Below, in pieces: positions 16,977 to 25,242 of a DNA stretch of 30,885 bases. Position 1 is the first letter of the stretch. Every line of letters starts with the position of its first letter. Both the position numbers and the translations under genes were made by a program. The stretch comes from a virus (lineage: Duplodnaviria; Caudoviricetes): positions 1 through 30,885 of the IMG/VR virus record IMGVR_UViG_3300044724_001531. One strand, written 5' to 3'. The notes under the pieces were generated by a model. That model was given only the letters and a program-made list of their open reading frames with translations. It did no database searches and was not told the origin of the DNA.

Positions 16977-17147
16977 ATGAAAGAACAAAAAGAACAGTGG
17001 AACCATCGGATCAAGGTCGAGTTGGCTGATGGTATGCGTGAAGTCCAGCGCAAGAGAAACGAAGAAAGCACAATGCGTGAGCTAACAGAGGAAGCCATTG
17101 CGCTGTTCTGTAAGGTCAACGGCGTAAAAGTTAAGGAAGCTGCATGA
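16977..17147 (+). CDS. Ribbon-helix-helix (Arc/CopG-like) transcriptional regulator, 56 aa (not in ORF track)
   Basis: MKEQKEQWNHRIKVELADGMREVQRKRNEESTMRELTEEAIALFCKVNGVKVKEAA*: strand-helix-turn-helix pattern; first gene after the operator array; ATGA overlap with the next gene. Confidence 0.7.
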   Translation: MKEQKEQWNHRIKVELADGMREVQRKRNEESTMRELTEEAIALFCKVNGVKVKEAA

Positions 17148-17617
17148 CTGTCATCGTAGGCATAGATGTGGGATACACTGGCGCTGTCGCATTTCTCTGG
17201 CCAAACATGAAGCTAGAAATACACGACATGCCTGTGCTGAAGAACGCCAAGGGCAAGACTGAGCTTAATCTGCACATACTGCACGAGCTGCTCACGCCTG
17301 AAGGTGACGAACCGCACATGGCTTTTATTGAGCAGGTGGCAGCAATGCGCGGCCAAGGCGTGTCGTCAATGTTTCGTTTCGGTGAGACATACGGCGCAAC
17401 GCAGATGGCAGTCGCGGCTCACAAAATCCCAATACAGTACGTCACGCCTGCAAAGTGGAAAGGTCATTTCAGACTAAACCGCGATAAAGGCGTTTCACGA
17501 GGTCTAGCAACGCAGCGCTTTCCAGACTGCGCAGACCTATTTAAGCGCGTCAAAGATGACGGCAGAGCAGAGGCAGCGCTGATTGCGCTATACGGCAAGG
17601 AGGCAACAAATGGCTAA
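17144..17617 (+). CDS. ruvC: RuvC-like Holliday junction resolvase
   Basis: IVGIDVG.TGA, FIEQV, GVSSMFRFG, VTPAKWK and DGRAEAALIA catalytic motifs. Confidence 0.88.
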   Translation: MTVIVGIDVGYTGAVAFLWPNMKLEIHDMPVLKNAKGKTELNLHILHELLTPEGDEPHMAFIEQVAAMRGQGVSSMFRFGETYGATQMAVAAHKIPIQYVTPAKWKGHFRLNRDKGVSRGLATQRFPDCADLFKRVKDDGRAEAALIALYGKEATNG

Positions 17618-17780
17618 CTATAAAATTTTATGCAAACGCGAAGAAAACACTTTCGTCTTTGAATGCCCTTGGTGCGGCAAAAAGCACATCCACGGAGCGA
17701 AAGAAGGATGGCGCAGCTCGCACTGCAATCATGCAGATGCACCAAAAGAATATTTTATTAAAGAGCATGTAGAAGCATGA
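17610..17780 (+). CDS. Small zinc-binding protein
   Basis: SD AAGGAGG; CPWCGKKHIHG...HC motif. Confidence 0.7.
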   Translation: MANYKILCKREENTFVFECPWCGKKHIHGAKEGWRSSHCNHADAPKEYFIKEHVEA

Positions 17781-18526
17781 ATGGTTTCACCAAGCACGGC
17801 ATTAAGCACCTGTCAGCCTCGTCAATAAACCTCTGGACAAACGCACCTGACGTTTGGGTTGCGCAGTATCTGTTCGGCAGACGCACGCCAATGGGAGCAG
17901 CCGCAATGAGGGGCATTTGCACCGAGGATGCTGTGGTAGCCCATCTGACAGGCAAAAGCGACTGTGAGGCAGCTCTGAACGCCGCTCTGGAGAAGTTTGA
18001 CAAGACTTTTCCCATCGGTGACGAAAAGACAACCAAAGAGCGCAACATGATCGAGCCTTGCATGAACCTCGCCCTGGAAGCACTGGCAGACTACGGCACG
18101 CCAGAGTTTCCAGAGGAAGGTCAGGAAAAGATCAGCATAACAGCCAAGACAGACGACTATGAAATCCCTGTCATCGGCTTTCTAGACCTCGTGTTTCCAG
18201 AAGCTGGGCTTGTCATAGACCTCAAAACGACAGGCCGCTGCCCAAGCGTCATGTCAGCAGAGCATCAGCTCCAACGCGCAATCTACCAGAAAGCCAAAGG
18301 CAACCAGGCAGTCAAATTCCTTTACGTCACACCAAAGAAAACTGCACTCCTAGAGGACGGCGATCCGAATGAATTACTTAGCAAAGCAAAGACACAGATT
18401 ACGAGAATGGAGCGCTTCCTTAGATCGGGAACTCGACATGACATTGCAGGCGTTATCCCAGTTAATCCCAACACCTTTTACTGGAACGGAGCAGAAGCAA
18501 TCAGGGAGGAGCTTTATGGAATATAA
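17777..18526 (+). CDS. PD-(D/E)XK exonuclease (RecB/Cas4-like)
   Basis: HLSASSIN, GFLDL...VIDLKTT, and Q..IY motifs. Confidence 0.88.
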   Translation: MNGFTKHGIKHLSASSINLWTNAPDVWVAQYLFGRRTPMGAAAMRGICTEDAVVAHLTGKSDCEAALNAALEKFDKTFPIGDEKTTKERNMIEPCMNLALEALADYGTPEFPEEGQEKISITAKTDDYEIPVIGFLDLVFPEAGLVIDLKTTGRCPSVMSAEHQLQRAIYQKAKGNQAVKFLYVTPKKTALLEDGDPNELLSKAKTQITRMERFLRSGTRHDIAGVIPVNPNTFYWNGAEAIREELYGI

Positions 18527-18863
18527 TTTTTACAAATCACACGCATGGAAGTCAGACCCTGACGATCTATTCATGGAAAACGTCATAGCGTTCCGCAAGA
18601 TCGTACAGCTCTACGATTACGGCACAGAGTTTTACTTTCCCAACTACCGCGAAGCACCGTGGCATGTGCAGGCAGAGATCGGCGGCGAAAAGATCAACTT
18701 CTGGCCTCACAAGATGAAAGCGCATGTGGAGTACCGCCAAGGCGGGGCAGTAGAGGGCCGCTACGCAATTATTGACCTAATCAACGAGCAGATCGCAAAA
18801 GACGCAGACGGCGCATCCAATCCCGACTATTGGAGCGATGACGAGTTTGATCTGTTCGAGTAA
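18516..18863 (+). CDS. Hypothetical protein
   Basis: SD GGAGGAG before ATG 18516 (MEYNFYKSHAW...); acidic C-terminus. Confidence 0.7.
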   Translation: MEYNFYKSHAWKSDPDDLFMENVIAFRKIVQLYDYGTEFYFPNYREAPWHVQAEIGGEKINFWPHKMKAHVEYRQGGAVEGRYAIIDLINEQIAKDADGASNPDYWSDDEFDLFE

Positions 18864-18931
18864 TCCCTTGCTGCTTGGGTTAAAGCAGCACAACAACGTC
18901 AACAACTCAAACAAAGTGAAAGGAACACAAC

Positions 18932-19549
18932 ATGTTTGAAATCGACTTAGGCAACACAGGGTCTGACATCAACACTTTCCTCGGCTGGTCAGCACGAGGC
19001 ACGCAGGACGGTGCAATCAGAGCAAAGCAGTTCTATCTCCGCGACGGCGCGGCAAAGGACGAGTACGAAGCAGCTCAAACAACTGGCTTTGTCATTGACT
19101 TAGACACCCTTAAAACAGGATGGCAAAAGTCAGAAGGCATTGCAGGCGTTGCACCCGAATGGAAGTGGAACCCAACAGTCAACCAAATGATGGCAAAGCC
19201 TGGCGACGACTACAAGAAAGGCATCTCAGTCAAATGCGCCATCGGCGGTGGCAAGGTAGCAATGTGGGAACAAGCAGGCGCGGCAATCTGGTCTGCCCTC
19301 ACTGACCTAGCCCCAAAGCTAAAAGATCAGCCATCAAAAGGCCAAATGCCGCTCATCAAAATGAAAGAAGCCAAAGAACTCAAGTTCACGAAAGGCTCAA
19401 CATGCTACCCTGTCTTTGAAGTCGTCAAATGGGTGGACAAGCCCGACTGCCTCAAAGAAGGTGCTGCGGCAGGCATTGCAACAGACCCTACACCTGCTCC
19501 ACAGCCTGAACCTGCGCCAGCAGTCGCAGCGGATGACATGGAATTTTAA
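18932..19549 (+). CDS. Probable single-stranded DNA-binding protein
   Basis: Located between exonuclease and primase-helicase; P/A linker and acidic-aromatic tail DDMEF. Confidence 0.65.
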   Translation: MFEIDLGNTGSDINTFLGWSARGTQDGAIRAKQFYLRDGAAKDEYEAAQTTGFVIDLDTLKTGWQKSEGIAGVAPEWKWNPTVNQMMAKPGDDYKKGISVKCAIGGGKVAMWEQAGAAIWSALTDLAPKLKDQPSKGQMPLIKMKEAKELKFTKGSTCYPVFEVVKWVDKPDCLKEGAAAGIATDPTPAPQPEPAPAVAADDMEF

Positions 19550-19555
19550 GAAAAA

Positions 19556-19583
19556 TGCCGTGGCGGTATGGATCGCCACGGCA
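19556..19583. other. GC-rich hairpin upstream of the primase-helicase RBS
   Basis: TGCCGTGGCGGT-atgg-ATCGCCACGGCA; no U-tract on +, A-run on the left. Confidence 0.6.
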
Positions 19584-19605
19584 CTCACAGGGAGGGTAAT
19601 GAAAA

Positions 19606-21801
19606 ATGGAAATGGAACACAAAATGCAAATTGCTCCCAAGTCCGACATCATTAAGCAATTCATATCACAAATTACAAAGAATTGGAATGAAGTTGGTCA
19701 GCCGTTATTAGAGATACGAGCAATCTCACCATCTGGATCAACAAACGCCGCACGTTTTAGGCTCGATCAAATAGACGAAGCAGTGCAGCACGCCGAGGCA
19801 ATGAACGCAGCCAAGGCAAACATCTACATGTGCATCAATGCCATTGATCCAATCAAAGCCGAAGACATACCAGCAGGCAAAGCCGCCAAAGACACAGACA
19901 TTCTCGCAGCCTTCTACTGCTTTGCAGACGCAGACACAAAAGGCGCAATGGAAAACATTATGTCTTTTGCTGGGCCGAAATTCACCATGTCAGTCAAGAC
20001 AGGCACAACGCCATTCTCCAGAGGCCATGCATATTGGGAACTGGAAGAGCCTTGCAAAAACATGGACGCATGGAAAGAAGTGCAAAAATCCATAGCAGCC
20101 AGCCTCCAGACAGACGCGGCAGTCATAAATCCTAGCAGAATTATGCGCGTGGCAGGCACAGTCTCATGGCCTAACAAAAAGAAGCAAGACAAAGGCTACG
20201 TCCCTGAACTCGTGACAATGCGCACAGAATTTAGCACAGACAGAGACGTTCAGCCGTTTGAACGCCTCATGCGTGCATTCCCGAAAAAAGAAGTGCCTAA
20301 CAATCAAGTTGGCGGCATAGAAATAGACCTTGGACAGCAAGCAATGGATCGGCAGCTTGCAGCGCAAAGCGTCATGTCAGGCGACGATTGGCACAACAAC
20401 ATCATCAGGCTCGTCGCCTCATACGTCAGCAAAGGGCTGTCAGACGAGGAAATCCATGCCATCACGGACAGCTTCACGCTGTCAGGCTACTCGGTAGACG
20501 ACACACGCCAAGAAGTGCAGCAGGCAATCAACGGTGCAAGGGACAAAGGATGGACGCCACCGCCCGATCCAATCAAAGAACGCATGCAGCAGCAAAACCA
20601 AGCTCTAAACATACCGTCAGAGCCGTCAGAAAGCCCCACAGAGGACGCAAAAGAACAAAATTGGCCTACGCCCTATGAAATGTTTGATGCGCTTACGCTG
20701 CCGCGTAGGGAATGGGTGTACGGATACGACTACATCAAAAAGTACATCAGCGTCACAGCCTCGGCAGGGGGCATCGGTAAAACGTCCCTGATTAATGTGG
20801 AAGCCTTAGCAATCGCGACAGGCAGGCCGCTGCTCGGCGTACCTGTAAAAGAACAGACAAATGTCTGGGTCATCAACCTTGAAGACCCAATTTCCGAGAT
20901 GCAAATGCGCACAATCGCTGCCATGCAGCACTACGGCCTCACACCAGACGACATCAAAGGCCGACTGTTTATGGACGGCGAGGACACCATGCAGATCACG
21001 CTCGCGGCAGAAAACAGAGACGGCCTCATCACAAACGACGACATGCTGGCAGCCATGATCCGCGTCATCAAACAAAACAAAATCGGCGTCGTCATCCTCG
21101 ATCCGTTCGTGTCAGCCCATCTGGTCAACGAAAACAACAACGGAAGCATCCAAGCAGTCGTGGCAATGCTCAGAAAGCTCGCCAGAGACACAAACAGCTC
21201 AGTTCAGCTCGTGCATCACATCAGAAAGACAAACGGTGACGACGCAACGATTGACAGTGTCAGAGGCGCAGGATCACTCATTGGGGCAGCACGCGCAGCC
21301 AGAGTAATAAACAGAATAACACCAGACGATGCAATCGCGCTAGGCGTAGACGAACACGAAGCGCTCGGCATCTTCAGAGTTGACGACGGCAAAGCAAACC
21401 TCGCACCGCCATCAGACAAGGCAACTTACAGACGCATGCAGTCAGTAGAGATCGCAAACGGAGAACACATTGGGGTTGCCACGGAGTTTAAGCTGCCCGA
21501 TCTGTTTGACGGCGTGACAGCTAAGAACCTCTACAATGTGCAACGCACAATCGGCAAGGCAGAGGAAGCAGACGATGCCTACAGAGCAAACGCGCAGGCT
21601 GACAACTGGGTCGGTAAGGCTGTTGCGGCAGAGCTAGACCTTGATCTGGGCAAGCCAAATCATGTGGCGAAGACGAAAGCAATCATCAAGCAGTGGATCA
21701 GCTCTGGCAGCCTGCAAGTTGTCAAGCTGCCAAACAAACGAAAAGGCGGCGAAGCACCGTGTGTGATCGTCGGTGAATGGGTGAACCATGACGAAGTCTA
21801 A
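19606..21801 (+). CDS. Primase-helicase (RepB-type primase domain plus AAA_25/RepA-like helicase)
   Basis: FADAD, GHAYW and INPSRIMRVAGT primase motifs; Walker A ASAGGIGKT, Walker B VVILDP, LVHHIRK and RGAGSLIGAARA helicase motifs. Confidence 0.9.
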   Translation: MEMEHKMQIAPKSDIIKQFISQITKNWNEVGQPLLEIRAISPSGSTNAARFRLDQIDEAVQHAEAMNAAKANIYMCINAIDPIKAEDIPAGKAAKDTDILAAFYCFADADTKGAMENIMSFAGPKFTMSVKTGTTPFSRGHAYWELEEPCKNMDAWKEVQKSIAASLQTDAAVINPSRIMRVAGTVSWPNKKKQDKGYVPELVTMRTEFSTDRDVQPFERLMRAFPKKEVPNNQVGGIEIDLGQQAMDRQLAAQSVMSGDDWHNNIIRLVASYVSKGLSDEEIHAITDSFTLSGYSVDDTRQEVQQAINGARDKGWTPPPDPIKERMQQQNQALNIPSEPSESPTEDAKEQNWPTPYEMFDALTLPRREWVYGYDYIKKYISVTASAGGIGKTSLINVEALAIATGRPLLGVPVKEQTNVWVINLEDPISEMQMRTIAAMQHYGLTPDDIKGRLFMDGEDTMQITLAAENRDGLITNDDMLAAMIRVIKQNKIGVVILDPFVSAHLVNENNNGSIQAVVAMLRKLARDTNSSVQLVHHIRKTNGDDATIDSVRGAGSLIGAARAARVINRITPDDAIALGVDEHEALGIFRVDDGKANLAPPSDKATYRRMQSVEIANGEHIGVATEFKLPDLFDGVTAKNLYNVQRTIGKAEEADDAYRANAQADNWVGKAVAAELDLDLGKPNHVAKTKAIIKQWISSGSLQVVKLPNKRKGGEAPCVIVGEWVNHDEV

Positions 21802-22597
21802 TCATTACAAGCTGCCAGAGGGCAACACGCTCATCAGTTTCAGCGGCGGCAGAACGTCAGGATACATGCTGCACCAAATACTTGAAGCAAACGGCGGTCT
21901 GCCAGACACAGCAAAGGTCACATTTGCAAACACTGGCAGAGAAATGCCAGAGACGCTCGACTTTGTGCAAGAATGCGCAGACAGATGGAATGTGCCAATC
22001 ACTTGGTTGGAGTTTCGCAAAGCCATGCCGAAGTTTGAAACTGTCAGCCACAACAGCGCAGCCAGAAACGGTGAGCCATTCGAGCAGCTTCTGCAAACAA
22101 AAGGTAATTACCTGCCAAACCAAGCTCAACGCTTCTGCACGCAGCAGATGAAGGTGCTGACAATAAAACGCTACCTCGTCAGTCAAGGATGGAAACGGTG
22201 GACGAACACTGTCGGCATCCGAGCAGACGAAGCGCACAGGGTCAAGCCTTCAACAGACAACAGATGGACAAACTGGTTTCCGCTAAACGATGCGCAAGTG
22301 TCGGTGCAGGACGTAAACCAATTCTGGAAGTCACAGCCGTTTGATCTGCGCGTAATGAAAGGCGGCGGGAACTGTGACGGATGCTTTCTAAAGTCAGAAG
22401 CAACACTGGCAGCCATGTGGCGCGAGCAGCCAGATAGAATGCAATGGTGGGCAGATATGGAAGCCAAGACAGGCGGGCAGTTTCACAAGACTAGAAATTA
22501 TGAACAGCTCGGCAGTTTTGTCAGCCGCCAAGGCGACTGGATATTTGATGACGAAGCATTCCTTTGTCAGGCAGATGATGGGGAGTGTACAGGGTGA
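21788..22597 (+). CDS. PAPS reductase family (PP-loop adenylyltransferase-like, DndC-like) protein
   Basis: ISFSGGRTS PP-loop, FANTGRE..ETLDFV, RFCT..MK, VGIRADE..R and GNCDGCFLK cysteine motifs. Confidence 0.85.
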   Translation: MTKSNHYKLPEGNTLISFSGGRTSGYMLHQILEANGGLPDTAKVTFANTGREMPETLDFVQECADRWNVPITWLEFRKAMPKFETVSHNSAARNGEPFEQLLQTKGNYLPNQAQRFCTQQMKVLTIKRYLVSQGWKRWTNTVGIRADEAHRVKPSTDNRWTNWFPLNDAQVSVQDVNQFWKSQPFDLRVMKGGGNCDGCFLKSEATLAAMWREQPDRMQWWADMEAKTGGQFHKTRNYEQLGSFVSRQGDWIFDDEAFLCQADDGECTG

Positions 22598-22603
22598 TAA
22601 AAC

Positions 22604-22765
22604 TTGCTAGCCACACTTCCACACCTTGTTTTTCCGAAGTGTGGGTAAGGTGTGGAAGTGTGGAAGAAAAGCCACAAAATACCCTTCCACACCACCTGCA
22701 TATATATATGCAAGGTGTGGTGGGGTGGTGGTTTAGGTTGAAGTGGGGTGTGGAACAAGGTGTGG
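22604..22765. other. Putative replication origin (inverted repeats, CCACAC/GTGTGG units, AT palindrome)
   Basis: 17-bp perfect inverted repeat 22611-22627/22647-22663; TGCATATATATATGCA palindrome 22697-22712; coincides with a switch from A/C-rich to G/T-rich + strand. Confidence 0.6.
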
Positions 22766-22784
22766 TAAATCGGAGGGTAAACAG

Positions 22785-23351
22785 ATGAAGCAGACAAAAA
22801 GACAAAAGAAGTCGGATCGCATATTGCATGGCAATCAGAATAGAGATGCCATCATGTGCGACTACGCTCTGGCTCCAGTTGACAGGCTGGCAATCCAGAT
22901 GGACGAGAAGTGGGGGATTGATGTGCTGCCTGAACTGGTCAGTGTCTCGATGTCGCAAAAGTATGGCAGTGCGGTGGCTAAGATGAATGCGGCAGTTGAG
23001 GCAGGCGATGTAGAAGAATGTAAGGTTCGCTGTGAAGTCGTGATAAGGGGTCTGCAAGCGATGGACGCTGAGGCTGAACGTACTGGCGCACAGAGAGCCT
23101 CAACGGATGTGTGGGAGGTAGAGATAGACGGCAAGCTGTTCGGCGTTATGAGGGATGGAAGATCGTGGCGCACGATAAAGAAGCAGCGGCCTGAGTTGGA
23201 GCTGCTGACGCTGCGTGAGGTTGGGTTGGCTTACTCTTGGTTCCGCGACAACTGGGCAGGTGAATTAGAAAAGGCAGCGAAGCAATCATTCCCAGGCGCA
23301 GAGCTAATCGACATCAAAGGGAAACTGTTTGACGATCCTATTCCCTTCTGA
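22785..23351 (+). CDS. Conserved hypothetical protein
   Basis: SD GGAGG before ATG 22785; MDEKWGIDVLPELVS and FPGAE motifs; ends DDPIPF, an SSB-tail-like peptide. Confidence 0.75.
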   Translation: MKQTKRQKKSDRILHGNQNRDAIMCDYALAPVDRLAIQMDEKWGIDVLPELVSVSMSQKYGSAVAKMNAAVEAGDVEECKVRCEVVIRGLQAMDAEAERTGAQRASTDVWEVEIDGKLFGVMRDGRSWRTIKKQRPELELLTLREVGLAYSWFRDNWAGELEKAAKQSFPGAELIDIKGKLFDDPIPF

Positions 23352-23418
23352 GATAGTGACGGTACTTGATAGTGCAGAGCTTTACCCATTTCCTTCTGCA
23401 CTTTCTGCCTCACTGAAC

Positions 23419-23447
23419 TGGCTCGGCATTGCGCCGAGCCTTTTTTG
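23419..23447 (+). terminator. Intrinsic terminator
   Basis: GGCTCGGC-attgc-GCCGAGCC followed by TTTTTT. Confidence 0.85.
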
Positions 23448-23463
23448 TTTGTAACCTATCAGC

Positions 23464-23655
23464 ATGAATACTTTTGTCGTAGAATACGATCCAGACATGG
23501 ACGAGGATGAGATCGATGCAGAGGTCGCAGAGATGCTGTGGCTAATCAATGAGCGCATCCTAGGCGGTAGCTGCAAGAAGGTTATGGCAGTGGCTCTCAG
23601 CCTTGCTATGAAAGAATACTTAGAGAACAGCGAAGCATTCGGCATACATCATTAG
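23464..23655 (+). CDS. Small acidic hypothetical protein
   Basis: 63-aa ORF with protein-like composition; weak SD. Confidence 0.55.
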   Translation: MNTFVVEYDPDMDEDEIDAEVAEMLWLINERILGGSCKKVMAVALSLAMKEYLENSEAFGIHH

Positions 23656-23734
23656 CGCGTCAGAACACACAGCGACGGCAAGGCGCGGACGCACGCGCGG
23701 ATAACTGAACGCTCGTTCAATTACAAGATTGGGC

Positions 23735-23750
23735 ATACTATATGTTGTGT
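23735..23750. promoter_or_regulatory. NrdR-box-like motif
   Basis: ATACTATATGTTGTGT (reverse complement ACACAACATATAGTAT) resembles the 16-bp NrdR box consensus acaCwAtATaTwGtgt. Confidence 0.5.
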
Positions 23751-23818
23751 TTGCCTTGGCTGATGCGGCTGCTTTTACACCAATAATTACCTAAAGCATT
23801 GAAATCATTGACTATTGC

Positions 23819-23846
23819 ATTTCACATATGTGGTATTATGCGACTT
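23819..23846 (-). other. dif-like XerC/XerD recombination site
   Basis: Minus strand AAGTCGCATAA-TACCAC-ATATGTGAAAT versus E. coli dif GGTGCGCATAA-TGTATA-TTATGTTAAAT; 11-6-11 layout, XerD arm 9/11 identical. Confidence 0.65.
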
Positions 23847-23998
23847 TTCTGTTAAACGACACCGCGCAGCCCCCCCCCAACGCGACAGAAGAGGGGGGCA
23901 TGTGTGTGTAGAAAAACGCACATACGGCTGCCAAAACAACCTTGACCCCACCCCCACTACACATTAACTATTAAGCGACAGCATAGGAGAAAAATAAA

Positions 23999-24595
23999 AT
24001 GTGCAGAAATTGTGATCGGGATGATGTGATGGCAAGAGGGCTTTGTTCGGCCTGTTATATGCGTCTTCGCAGATTTGCCCAAAAGGGGTATTTGGAGGCT
24101 CGTCGCCCAAAAGGTGAGAACGAGGAGCTTGCCTTACAGACAAGAGCAGAATGGCAGTCTCGGTTTCTCAGCAAGATCGACACCTCATCAGATGGGTGCC
24201 ACGAGTGGACGGCAGGCAAGACGAAGGGCGGCTATGGTATGTTTAACGTGGCGGATCGCTCGATATTGGCGCATCGTCTTGTGTATAGATTGGCGGGGAA
24301 TGATTACCATGATGTTATTATGCACATGTGCGACAACCCGAGCTGCTGCAACATTGAGCATTTGCGCGGTGGGACGTACAGAGACAACATGCGTGACATG
24401 GATATGAAAGGTCGTCGCAGACCGTCTCGCGCGGATCATTTGCGTGACCGCAAAAACCACCCACGCGCACGCGCTGTTTTTACGCCTTTGGGTGAGTTTG
24501 CCTCGGCTGCCTTAGCATCCGAAGTCCATGGCATTTCTGCGCGTACAATTCAGCGCAAATGTAGCGACGGTGTTCAAGGGTATGGCTACATTTAG
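23999..24595 (+). CDS. HNH homing endonuclease with N-terminal zinc finger
   Basis: CxxC...ARGLCSACY finger; CHEWTAG...GYG...AHRLVY...HMCDNPSCCNIEHL..GT..DN..D HNH domain; C-terminal NUMOD1-like HTH; SD AGGAG. Confidence 0.88.
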   Translation: MCRNCDRDDVMARGLCSACYMRLRRFAQKGYLEARRPKGENEELALQTRAEWQSRFLSKIDTSSDGCHEWTAGKTKGGYGMFNVADRSILAHRLVYRLAGNDYHDVIMHMCDNPSCCNIEHLRGGTYRDNMRDMDMKGRRRPSRADHLRDRKNHPRARAVFTPLGEFASAALASEVHGISARTIQRKCSDGVQGYGYI

Positions 24596-24704
24596 CGGAT
24601 TATGCTACAATTGATCCAGACTGCCACGCAACCTCAACTGCGCGACAACTCGTCTCTCCCTACGCTATGTCAGCGCCGTGGCAGTCACCCCCCCCATACC
24701 CCTA

Positions 24705-24733
24705 TTGCCAGAACTGCTAGCATCGTCTAAAAT
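24705..24733 (+). promoter_or_regulatory. Sigma70-like promoter for terS with an operator-like site in its spacer
   Basis: TTGCCA-17 nt (contains CTGCTAGCAT, 24714-24723)-TAAAAT. Confidence 0.65.
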
Positions 24734-24759
24734 TTTAAAAATTGTGAAAGCGAGGCGAT

Positions 24760-25242
24760 ATGGCGGGAAAGCAGTTAAAAAAGACGATACTTGCTGATGT
24801 GGCTAAAAAGGGCGGTGCGGAGTATGTTCGTGAGATGGCGTCTAGCATGACGTTGAAGGCCTGGGCTGCTCAGGAATGGGAATGCAGCCGCAACTATTTG
24901 AGCGAGACGATCCGCAGTGTTCCTGAGTATGCTCGTGCATTGGAGGGTGCGCAGTCGGTTTTAGCGGATGCTATGATGGAGGAGAATGTTGAGATTGCCG
25001 ACAACATTCCAGAGACTGCATCGAGTACGCAGATTGCGAAGGTTCGTGAGCAGATGCAGGCTCGAAAGATGTTGGCTGCTGGGCTGAACAGGGATCGGTA
25101 CGGCTCTGGCCCTCGTGCTGAGATTACTTTGAACCTTGGCGATTTGCACTTAGATGCTCTGCGGAAGATCAGCGCGGATCGCCAGGCATTGATGGCAGAG
25201 GATCGTGAGCGTGAGATGAAAGTAATTGAGCATGACGACTGA
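24760..25242 (+). CDS. terS: Terminase small subunit
   Basis: Directly upstream of and overlapping terL; helical; ADAMMEENVEIAD and RKMLAAGLNRDRYG motifs. Confidence 0.8.
   Translation: MAGKQLKKTILADVAKKGGAEYVREMASSMTLKAWAAQEWECSRNYLSETIRSVPEYARALEGAQSVLADAMMEENVEIADNIPETASSTQIAKVREQMQARKMLAAGLNRDRYGSGPRAEITLNLGDLHLDALRKISADRQALMAEDREREMKVIEHDD

Noticed and set aside
22611-22765. Repeats considered as a mini-CRISPR array
   Set aside because: The repeats are short and inverted with no regular unique spacers, and the PD-(D/E)XK gene is an ordinary phage exonuclease
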